From positions 1 to 41,524 of the forward strand of contig JAAPAO010000299.1 in NCBI GenBank assembly GCA_013115145.1: a DNA stretch of 41,524 bases. The letters are read 5' to 3'. How positions within the stretch are numbered: position 1 is the first letter of the stretch; every line of letters starts with the position of its first letter. Below the pieces are notes generated by a model. That model saw nothing but the letters and a program-made list of their open reading frames with translations. It ran no database searches and was not told the origin of the DNA. Origin of the DNA: Perkinsus chesapeaki ATCC PRA-425 (Eukaryota > Protista > Perkinsozoa). Both the position numbers and the translations under genes were made by a program. Below are positions 22,551-33,151 of this stretch, piece by piece.

Positions 22551-25500
22551 TTAGTGCACGCAACCGATGCAAGGGACAGAAACAGGGAGTGAAATAAAGG
22601 TCAAGGATAACGTACAACAGGTTGCGAGGAGTATGGGCCGCACGAGAACGGCTGGTGAATGCTCTCCTCTTGGATTGGTGGAGTGTGAAAGCTTTGTCCA
22701 GGAGACCACCTTCCCATGAAAGTATATCGATAGTTGTGCGTGTACCGGAAGCCTCCGCCCCAGTCGCTGACGATAAGAACCTGCGACGAGCGTGGCCGCG
22801 ACTGACGGACAATAATGTCTCACAATCATGGCTTGACCTGGGAGGATGAGGTCATGGGTTGTTATGGATACATTGGACCCGTCCTCTGAAGGCGTCCATC
22901 CACGAGAACTTGATAAATTAACGGCATTGCTGACGGTTGATTCGAAATAAACGGCACGACTGTTGAGGGGAAGATTGTATGGTCAGGAGGGGTAAAGACT
23001 CTTACTTCGCTGTGTTGACCACGTAGACACAGTAGCCGGCGTCATAAGTGGTATAAAGGTTAAAATCATGATTAATTTCGCATGATCCAGTAGCTACTAT
23101 GTGAGCTGCCAAGGCAGTCCGCTCTGCTTCGAAACCAACCTGAAGGGGTATGTCAATCACCAAAACCACGACGGAGTTAGTGTACCCAGAGGTCTCGGAC
23201 AATCGCTGGTTTAGCACTGAAGACTCCGAGCGTGAACTCTCGCCGCCGTTGTGCTTTTTCGCCGGAACGATGGTTGAACGTCAAAATGATCGCGAGGAAT
23301 CTAGTTTCGACATCACTCTGGCTTTGTCGGGTGTGAGAGTAGAGCCAGGTGTCGAGCTGAACCGTCGAATGTGTGCTCCTGAAGGTATCCGTAATGGCGG
23401 CTGCTAATCCGCAGGTATCTTTCTTAGGATCTTGTCTCACCTTGGTGAACTGGCCACATAGTCTAACACGTTTGAATTAGGCGGAGGTCGGCGTCTGAAC
23501 AATACTATACCAACATCATTCGGGAAGCTATCGTCTTCTCCACTTCTACTTGAGTTCTGAGTGAACATGTTAAGCGTTGGTAGGTCGTCGTTAATTACTT
23601 GAAAAACTGATAAATTAGCTTGTGTATTGGCAAAGGAGGATATCTCGGCGGCCGGCACAGCAGGGAACGACAGTTGCGCAGGGAAGGGCATTATAGGGGT
23701 ACGTGCCTCCGACCACGAGTCTTCATGGAGACAAACTGTTATAGCGCTGAAGTATCTGAGACGACTCGGTTCCCATGGCGGAAGGGAAAACTGCACAAAG
23801 GAAATCGCCGCGTATGGTGAGAGTTTGTGAGATTGGCCCACCTCCGCATGTCACTCAGGGGTATCCAGAACGTCCCTGGCCCTGTGGGGTCCTCGTCGGT
23901 TGTCGCTTGTAGCGCCACCTCGAGCTCAGGAGTCCATTGCGGTGATGTCGGGCCGTAGGCTCCTCGCCAGACCCGTGAACCTGCACCGAAGTTTACTTAT
24001 AGTAATTAATGGACATGACCATTATACCCCATGGGTTTCTCAGCTTCAATAAGCGTAGGTCGCCGATTGTTGCCACCTGCAGTGAGGTAAGATGGTCCGA
24101 AAAGTAGGGATGACTTCTCACCTTAAGAATGCTATAACAGTGCTGACTGAAGAGGCCCATGGCTTCGTATTCTTCCTTACCAACACCATCAACGAAACCA
24201 CAACTCGCGCACATGACGTGAACCCCCGCATGGCTCAGCAGCGAACCTAGGAGGCGAACACGGTTGGATCAGAAGCGCGTGACAGAGTGACTTACCCCAA
24301 AGGACCTCATCGTCTTGTTGAGTAATCTCCCGACCTCCGTTTACACCGGAACCTCCGGCTTGTAAACGATAAACCACACAAGGCCATCCTGTCAATGCGG
24401 TTAGGCCTTCCGCGGCCGTTCCTGGGAGAGTGTCTGACGAGGCCAGATGATGGGAATGTCACCTACCTGCTTCAATCGCCTCGTACGAGCCATTTAGCTT
24501 CGCATAGGCCTTCTCAAGAAGGGATACCCACAGAACTCTTGAGCTCCTCCCGGCAAAGACACGATGGCCAGGGCTAGTTGAGAGGAAATGGTCGTCGACG
24601 ACTACAAGCCTCCACGCTCCACTGGAGTTACAAAGACGAACCAAATAAGCTCCGACAGGAGATGCTTCACCACCTCCCTAGGAAAAGGTCCGAGTCAAAA
24701 AAGGCAGCTTAGGCGCTCACTTGATAAGGAAATAGATCCTTGATGAGACTTGGTCGCTGCTGGCATAGGGCGGCCAGGGCCGAGAGTATCCAACAGTCTC
24801 CGAGAGCACCCTGAACCAGCGGGCATGAAGAACAAGTCGAGAGAGCAATTACCTGCAGCACGTCTTCAGGCAAGGGCCCACTAGTGGGGCTAAACAGCTG
24901 GTAGTTGGGACCGGGACGCAACCAGGGGAGCTGGGTGATCTGAATGAGCAACTTCGTGAACAGAGTGGCTGTAAACCCTACTTCACTCCATCGGTTATGA
25001 ACATTGGTATCAGTTGGTACTCCTGTGGGGCTATCGCCAAACAAAGCTCGCGGACCGGGCGGGAACTCATCGTCGACAAATGGTTGGTTCAAAGTTAGAC
25101 ATCTGCTCAATATTTACCGGATCCTCAGTCATCCCAAACGCACGCTTCAGTTATGAAATCGAGCCTCGCCTTCGCAACGGTTGCAACGTTATCAGCCGAC
25201 AAGATCCTTCCTCTTGCCGATTCTCTGCATGGACCATAGTCCTGTTCAGCAAAAACTTTCAGATGACCAATACCATTATTTCACACCTCAATCGAGGGAT
25301 CTCCGTTAACTGGTGTTAGTACTCGACACGCTTGACAATCGACCAATGTCGCCGGCGGCCGGCTGATGATATACCTGACCGTACAGTTTGGACAGTACCG
25401 ACACAACATAGCCTCATACTCTAATATCCTCTTGCATCCTCGACATTTGATCCTCTCTTTCGGAGCAGGGGCACCACAGGAAGAACAGTAGGGTAGGGTT

Positions 25501-25733
25501 ACAGGGTACCATTTGTCACAGGTGATGCAGTACCACCGAACACCTTGCTGCGGGCTTCGTGGGGACCCTTTGTTCTCGGATGGGCCTGTTGTCTCGGTAC
25601 CGTTCGCGATTCGTGTCCGTGGCGTTTCAGCCTCCAAAAAGGCAGGATTCGCCTCTCTCTCGCAGCAAGTGCAAACTAGAGCATCGGGCGGGTTAGAGTA
25701 GGTGCAGGAGGGACATTGCCATCGATCGCTCAT
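22551..25733 (-). CDS. SOL/calpain-15-like cysteine protease: RanBP2-type zinc finger(s), CysPc, SOL C-terminal domain; multi-exon, exact 3' end uncertain
   Basis: WQCPSCTYSNPPDALVCTCC; FVDDEFPP; catalytic QGALGDCWILSAL (Cys), QHCYSIL (His), LRNPWG (Asn); LWVSLLEKAYAKLNGSYEAI; C-terminal TFNH, NLSSSRG..THDLILP, GEHSP as in the SOL domain. Confidence 0.9.
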
Positions 25734-26178
25734 ACAAACAATAAAAACTCAACGTTGGAATATCCAAGATGCCTTCTCAGCTAAACCCGAAAAAATCCTC
25801 GTAGGTGCTAATAGTTTGCCCAGATTCCCTCAGTTTTAACTCTCATCGCTTATATGTCATTATTAAGCATAAGGAGGTTGTCCTTTATAACAGGTTGTGT
25901 TCGCTTCTACCGTACTAGAATAACACAAGTCCAATGGATAGATAATGGCGGTCATCTACCTGCCGACAACATAATAAACCTCTCTTCATGCAAAGGATAA
26001 CAATATAATTATCGCATACTCGTTGGAATGATGATGATGATGCTATCGAGACTTCAAGAACGGAGCTCGATAAGGCACCCAACGGATGTATTGCATACGT
26101 AATAGACTGAGTCTTGCAATAGCAACTAAGACTGCTGCTTAACAGATGCTGCAGTCGATCGTGCACTAACACCTAAGC

Positions 26179-27672
26179 TCAATCGTTTTGTTTATCTTCT
26201 CCTTCATCTTGAGGGATCTGAGAGACAGGCTTGTCCGTCTCTACCAATTACAATTGTACCTCAACACTGTGGAGTCTCTTTCTCCATTGTTTGAGCTCGG
26301 CATCGAACGCCCTCTTGCTGATCCTCTCCTTGGGATTAGGTGTTACCGGATCAACTGCAGGGTTCCTCTTACTCGGAGTCACCTGACAGACGAACGTATT
26401 TCAAGTCCGGTGCAGCTCTACCCATGGCCTACCGCAGCCCGATAGGCGAGGTAGTTCTCTGTCATCTTCCCTATTTCTATTTGCTTCGAGCGCTGCTCTG
26501 CTCTCGCTTGCCATTGCTCTTCTGTTGCCGGAACCTCCGACCTGACCATGGTACCGTTGCGCCCTTCAGTCACCTGGAGGCTCACAAAGGAGTCTTCGTA
26601 GCGGCGCCACCAGTCGTCCTTCTTCGAGCTCGAAGAGCAGGGCGTCGGCGACGCAGCTCAGTCTGTGGGGTCTGGCCGATGCTGCTGATGAACCGTTATT
26701 CGCTTGTTTCTCACCTTAACATCATCAGCGGAATCAAAGCTCTGTATGGTCGGAGGGGCATCACCACCGAATATTGGATCAAAGGTAACTTTAGCGTTCG
26801 GGTCAGGGAAGAACGATGGGCCCTTGGCAACATCCTGATAGGCGTCATCAAACAGTACACCAATAAAGTGTGAATTCTGCGGAGTCTGGATACCACAGAG
26901 ATCAAAGTGACATGATATCTCTGGTTCACTTGAACGGATAATATCTTACCCTCTGTCCTGTATTCAGCTTGCGGAACTTGCTAGCTGTTTCGAGCTCCCC
27001 CTGCGCTGACACCGATGATAATCGTTTGGCTGCCAGACGTTTGCTGTCCTCGAGGCCTATGACAAAATGCCACTAACAGTGATCTGTAGATGGCTACCTG
27101 GTAGATTGCTGAGGAAGTCTGCGCCACTGACGCTTCCCTTAGAGTCCTCTGGGATAACGATCTTCGCGTCACTCATCAGGAAACCAAAGCCGGCCGGTCG
27201 GCTTTCTTCAGGTGCAGTGGTCAAAGCTGATACGTACATTACTCCCCGATTGGTAAGCCACAACTCACACCTGATACACCAGCTGCTAACTTGCTCATAT
27301 CCGCCGGAGGCTCGAGATAGGAGTCTTGGCCATCTAAAGGGGCCGCTGCCTTTGGGAATGTGGTCGTTCCTCTCGCCACTGTTCTACGATTTATGGGAGG
27401 CACAGGCATTGAAAGACCTGAAGAGCTCATCACATGCTTCTCTTTCCAAGCAGCGGTTCAGGCTTACTGTCATCGCTGGCGTAATCTGCCCAGCATATCT
27501 TCGAAGGAGCTATTGTGGCTCCTGCTGCATGCTTGGGCAGGTTTTCCATTGCCTTGCCAAATGAGTCTTCCTCTTCAGAGGACATGTCTGCCCAATTCAA
27601 CTTGGTGCCCCCTTCAAGTGCTGTTGATGAGGAGGGCTGGGGAACAGCAGCAGTGGCTAAAGATGATGACAT
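26179..27672 (-). CDS. Histone RNA stem-loop-binding protein (SLBP) domain protein; multi-exon
   Basis: Spliced C-terminal exons give RAEQRSKQIEIGKMTENYLAYRAAVTPSKRNPAVDPVTPNPKERISKRAFDAELKQWRKRLH, matching the SLBP RNA-binding domain (RxKQIxxGK..Y..Y..P.TP...SxRxxD..xKxWxxxLH). The N-terminus is low complexity. Confidence 0.85.
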
Positions 27673-27841
27673 ACTACTTCTACCAATTCAAGAGATCTGA
27701 CATAATATATAACAGTAGCGAGACGACCACGGGAATTGAGCCCTAAGGACATTATTGAGAGATGAACGGGCATTGATGGACTGGAACGAAAGGGCAGAAG
27801 AAAGGGTTCAACAACAGGGCTCGTGAGGATTGAATTGTCAA

Positions 27842-29700
27842 TCATATCATGACTTCAGCGGAGCGAGTATCTCTGAACTCCCTCCTAGAGAGTTAGCCAT
27901 GTCCGTCAAAGAACCTAAACACCATCGGTACTCCAGCCAAACAAGGCCAAGCGTCTACCAGAGCCAATGGAGCTGTCGGTGGTGCTCTCTCGGTAAGCCT
28001 TGAGCTTCTCTTCACTAGTGTGGACAACCATCTGCTCAGCTGCGTCTGCAATATCACCGTCGTTGTAGTGTCGGGCGACTAAACAAGCACATATGAGGGT
28101 AACCAAGTCGGACATTGTCCTACGCGACAAAAGCAGGTTGGCCATCCTTGCCGTTTCGATCTCAGCATTGTCAATCTGAGCAACTCGATACTCCATACCT
28201 TGAGCCACCTAACGAACCATCTGATAGGCTACCCCTATTTATCAATGCTCATGCTACATTGACTATCTTAGTGGTCTGAGCATTGACCTTCACGGTGACG
28301 TTATAGGCCCACTCGTACATAGCTGTTTCTGCGTTGGCCACTGAGCAGGGATACTCTTCCCCAGGCCCAGCTCACCACCGGCCTGGCTTACCTGCCGTCA
28401 ACACCTTCGACACATGCGAATGAATGCCCTCCATCTTCGTCACAGCGCTGGCTAGGATGACTCGCATCTCTTCCAGTTCTCCCTACGAATCGAATACACC
28501 CAACGAGACCACAGCATCTCCTACAGCCTGTTGGGCCGACTTCGCCTCGAGTATGCGGTACACAGAGCTGAGGTGGTCTCTGACCTACAAACGAATATAG
28601 TAAACCTATAAACTTTGCGCCGCTCGATAACCCTACCGTCTTTTCATCGGCCATCCACTTCTCCAGCGTATTCGCTCTGAAGGAACTCTTCAACGGCGTG
28701 ACCGTGGAAAATCTTACCTCACAGCGACATTGTTGTAAAGGTCGAAGATGCTTTCAATCTCCTTGTCGAAAGTCGAGCCCTGAGAAGATGCTCAGAAGTC
28801 TCAGGGATGTCTACGAGCCACCTTGCTATCAACAACTTTGGACAAGTCGATGACAGCCCGAACTCTACTCTCACTCTGTTCGACCTGCAATGGAATGACG
28901 TTCGGAACCCAGAGGTCAAACGGAGGAGAAACGCTACGTTCTTCTCGACTTGAAATACCTGGCCCTCAAACACCTGAATAGCATGATCGATATCTCAAGC
29001 GCCGTCTACAACTTGACCTACTTTGTATCTTCCCACTGCATCCTCGAGGGTATCCACGCAGGTGTCAAGATTCATGCCAAATCTGAAAACGACAATCACA
29101 ATCGCCCGAACGTCAGGCTACATGGTCTGCCCCTCCAAATTCAACTCGGATTGAGTCTGCGACTCGTCCCTCCGTTTTAGCACTAACAGATGACAACCAT
29201 GCAACGCAGCAGGTGCAATCGCTCACTTACTTTCCTTCATGTCGTTCGAGAAGAAGCCCGGATCCTTGGCTTGATCTGCTGACAACATATGCCTGCTGGA
29301 TAGGACTATAAAAACTACACTCACCAAGGTCTACTCCTTGAGGGTCGTTCGGGGCCAGGTCTACCTTCGCCTTCGCGAACTGCGCCTAACACATGCCCAC
29401 AATCCGCTGTGCCGTCAAGTGCGACTTACCGATACTGTGCCGGTCAAAGAAGACACACAATCCATACCGTCCCGTTCGCAATCTCGGTCAACACTGCCGT
29501 ACGCCACCGCCACCCGGAGGCTCAGGATGGGTGCGACCCATTGGAGTAACTGATGGAGGATAAAGCGGCATGTATTAGCAGTTTGGGATGGGGAGGGGAG
29601 GCTCACCACAGCAAACATATGGGGTGCCTTCTTAACCACCTTCAGCCAGGGGAATAAAACAGTGTAATAGCTGCAGAGAACAAGTGTACGACTGCTATCT
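27842..29700 (-). CDS. Hypothetical helical/coiled-coil protein; many short exons, 5' end obscured by the low-quality junction
   Basis: Exons join in frame via GT-AG introns (e.g. FGMNLDTCVDTLEDAVGRYK, VEQSESRVRAVIDLSKVVDSK, VRDHLSSVYRILEAKSAQQAVG, MEYRVAQIDNAEIETARMANLLL). No family recognised. Confidence 0.6.
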
Positions 29701-29709
29701 GCGACGGCT

Positions 29710-29874
29710 GGGGGGGGGGGGGGGGATTTGAAAAAAAAAAACATTAAAAATTTATACGAAACGGGAGCCATTTTTGATTTTTATTTACAAAAAAAGCGGC
29801 AAAAGCCCGAGTTGGGGGAATAAACACGGGGGGGGGTGGGGGGGGGTNNNNNNNACGCCCCCCCCCCCCCCCCC

Positions 29875-29921
<47 letters not shown>

Positions 29922-29947
29922 CCCCGCCCCCGCGCGCCCCCCCCCCG
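29710..29947. other. Assembly gap (7 N at 29848-29854) with poly-G/poly-C low-quality read tails
   Basis: G-runs, Ns and C-runs. 29726-29828 is a noisy copy of 29948-30051 at constant offset 222. Confidence 0.9.
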
Positions 29948-30011
29948 AATTGACAAAAATCAACCTTATCAAGTTCTACGAAACTCGATCCATGTTTGCT
30001 ATTGAATTACA

Positions 30012-32235
30012 CTACAAGCGGCAGAAGCAGCAGTAGTGGGCATCATCACTCGTGGGGCTTCGTCGAGGAGAGATTGCTCAGGTTGGTAGTTCCGCCGAGG
30101 GAGGCCCCACCACAGCTGCCTCCACCGGCAACTAGCTGTTGCTGGAACAGAGAGAACGAGCTCACGCATCTAAGGTTGAAGCTGGTCTGAGCACACTCGA
30201 AAGGATATGCCTGACCTGAATTCCATATGGGGCAAACGATTGAGAATATCTTCCGAGCGAACAGTCGTGTTTAGGTCCGCCGAGAAGTAGTATCTAAAAC
30301 ACAGTAGACAGCAGCCGTGGGGATAACGCCCTTACAGTATAAGGGAGACCAATGGGATCTCGACCAAGTTAGCCTTGATAGACAGAGCTACGTCCTCGCC
30401 AGGAGGCACGCCGATAGGGATGGTTGTACATGAAATAGCAAAACCCTGTAACGTCGCAAACCCGTCGCGCTGCGCATCGCAGATAAAACGCTCCGGGAAA
30501 AGCCTTGGGGCGAATCTTTTATTACTCCAGTGTAGGTTGACACCGGACGGGAAGCATATGAACACTGGGGCTCGATCGCTGTTCATGACGGTCTGCCATT
30601 GGTGATGCGGTGGCCTAGACCTTCCAGGGGCGGCTCCGGGTGGAACCGAAACGGCACTGACCTGAACAAAACGCCTGGGCTGGGAATCGAACCAGGGATC
30701 TCCCACTTCCCATTGAAACTGAGCTGCTGGGAAGCGCTTAACACAGAGTCTCTCAGCAAACCCATGCTTGACAGGCAGACGAAGATCGGCCGACTCGTAG
30801 ACAATACGGATGCGGCCTTCATCAGCTCTATCAAGGCGAACAACCCAGGAGAAGAATTGACCTAATTGCATGAAATGCACGAAAATCAAGTTGAAACCGT
30901 CGAGACCTTTGATGATCCTAACGGCGTCCCCCGACTCGGTGGGTCCACCAGCCGACTCGGGAAGCAAGGCGCGTAGACTTGGGATGTACCATTCTGTTGA
31001 GGAGGCAGTGGAGTCCGGTGGGGAGTAGCCAGAAAGGGTCTAATTGAGCATGCAGCGGAGAAGGGCCTGGCGCTGGACGCACGTCAATCTCAGCGAACTT
31101 GCCACGAACAGCAGCGGCCTGTCGCCACTCCGGCCAGCTTTTGCATTGTCGTAGGAGGTCGCAGATCGAATCAAGACCGGCCCATTCGGTGACGAAACGG
31201 ACAACACCTGGGAACGGGCTGACGAGATTGGAACCAATTCCTCCATGACCGACTCTCGCAATCGAGATCCGTCGCAATCGCCTGGGAGGCTGGTCCAAGA
31301 ACATGGGCCATGGCGAACTGGGAGAGGTGACCGTCCAAAAGCTGCTTTCTCAAGGCATCGGTGTGGAGTAGACGGGGCAGTTGCTGGCCAACATAGGCCG
31401 ATACTTCGCGGGAGATGGACGGATGGGATGCCAGCGAAGGATGTAGCAAAATTGACAGGCAACTGGCAGCAGAACATCTCGAGTACACCCGCTGCGCAGT
31501 TCGACTACTTGTGGGGGTCCAGCTTAGGTAGGATTACTTGGGCCACCATCTCCTCGGTCAACGCTTCAATGCCGAGGTTTCTGGCCTCGGCCAGCACGCT
31601 TAAAGTGTCAGCTGCGGATAGGGTGGGGTCATCACGGGCCAGTCCACCGAAGTACATAAATCTCACCAAGGCTCGCATGACGCTCAACCTATAATGCTTC
31701 TACCCAAATTCGCCCTTCTCCTCCGGACTTACTTCTGGTGTATCTCAAGTTTATTGGTCGACCTTGGCTGACACAGCTGCTGCCTCAACACCCCACCTAG
31801 AAGGCTACTTCAAGGCTACTATCCCACCATCAGAAGCCCTACTGTGTGCCGCTAGGATCACCGAGTGGGCCTTGATTTCACCGCTGCCTCCAGCCTCGTT
31901 GGACGTACCTGTCAGGAGGCCCTCGCCAAACTCCCTTCCCTTCAAAGCGTCTTCCTACAGACTATAGTGAAGTCCGTAAGTATACGCTCCTCGAACATCC
32001 TTCTCAAGTTCATCTGAAGCAGCTCGTTGCCTTCCATGGCCTGAGCCCCTTCTTCAATGTGGGCCGGGGCGGCACCACCACCACCGCTGCAGACAGACTC
32101 GGCCCTGTAGGACTTGACAGAATCTGGACGAATAGACGGGACACTCGGGGAAAGGATCATTGCTGCGACCAAACTGCCCGGAAAAATCGCCGATGCCAAC
32201 TCGGAACTAACGAAAGCCTCACAGAAACGTTGCAT
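30012..32235 (-). CDS. BTB/POZ (plus BACK-like) domain protein with a beta-rich C-terminal region; multi-exon, start codon uncertain
   Basis: LLQMNLRRMFEERILTDFTIVC, EIKAHSVILAAHS, MRALVRFMYFG, VLAEARNLGIEAL, then SAASCLSIL (BACK-like). Confidence 0.85.
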
Positions 32236-32253
32236 GACAAATTCACTGCGCGG

Positions 32254-32967
32254 TCAAGCGGACGTAGAAACGCCGCCACCGCCGCCGCCGACGAGGCCTT
32301 GTCGCTGCCACTTAGCAAGCTGGACTCTCGCTGGGACCTCTGCGCACACTCGATCCATTTTAAAGTGGTTGGCTGAGGATAAAGATATTAACCAGAGCTG
32401 GTCGAATAGTGCTACTTTGGTTCCTATATTGGCAGTTGATAGGGAATCGGCCCTGTATGCCAGAGAAGCCTCTATAATCTGGAGCTAGGCCCGGCAGACC
32501 TGGCACTCCAGGTATCTAATAGAGCCTTCCTGCACAGTGTAAGCATGAGCCCACCTGGAAGAGTGCGCCACCAACAGGGACTCTCGCCACATGATAAGCT
32601 ATCTCTCCCTTGCCCTTCCCTCGCTTTGTCCCCTCCACTCTGTTCGTTACTGGGAACGTGGCGTGTACAAGCATGTTGAACTCCTTTCCTCTGCCACCAC
32701 CCAGTTGACGAACCCCTCAGCACTCCGACCTACTTTCCCAGCTTCCTCCGAAGTATCTTCCGTGCCTCCTCAAGATGCTCAGCTTTGATCCTCTTAGCCT
32801 CCTGTGCGATCAATGTCTTACCCATATGTATTATAGGCTTCTGCTCCAGCTCGGGTATGGCAGCCTGATGACCGCTGCGCCACGAAATTCCACACCACAG
32901 CCACCCACAGTACCTTGGGAACTCTAAACTGCACTGGCTTCGGCGGTCGGAACTTAACAGGAGGCAT
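32254..32967 (-). CDS. MRPL16: Divergent ribosomal protein uL16, probably mitochondrial; multi-exon
   Basis: Spliced product includes LIAQEAKRIKAEHLEEARKILRRKLG, FPVTNRVEGTKRGKGKGEIAYHVARVPVGGALFQ and IQGRFPINCQY, matching uL16 (ALEPxxI..QIEAAR; PVTxxP.ETRMGKGKG..YWVA.V..G..LFE; KLPIKT). Confidence 0.8.
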
Positions 32968-33151
32968 CTTTGAAGCAAAACCAACCCCTGCGGCCCCACA
33001 CCGAATGCTCGATGAGAAGGCAACCCCGACGGTGACAAGGAAGCTTTCGTCATGGCGCATGCGCCTCCTCTCGATCATGACCTGATACTGTACGGCCCAC
33101 TGCCAACTTGAATGCAATATAAGCTTGGTCACGGTCCCTGAGGGGGAACGT

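Noticed and set aside
29744-30036. Poly-Gly and poly-Pro ORFs in the ORF track
   Set aside because: They translate homopolymer read tails around the N-gap.
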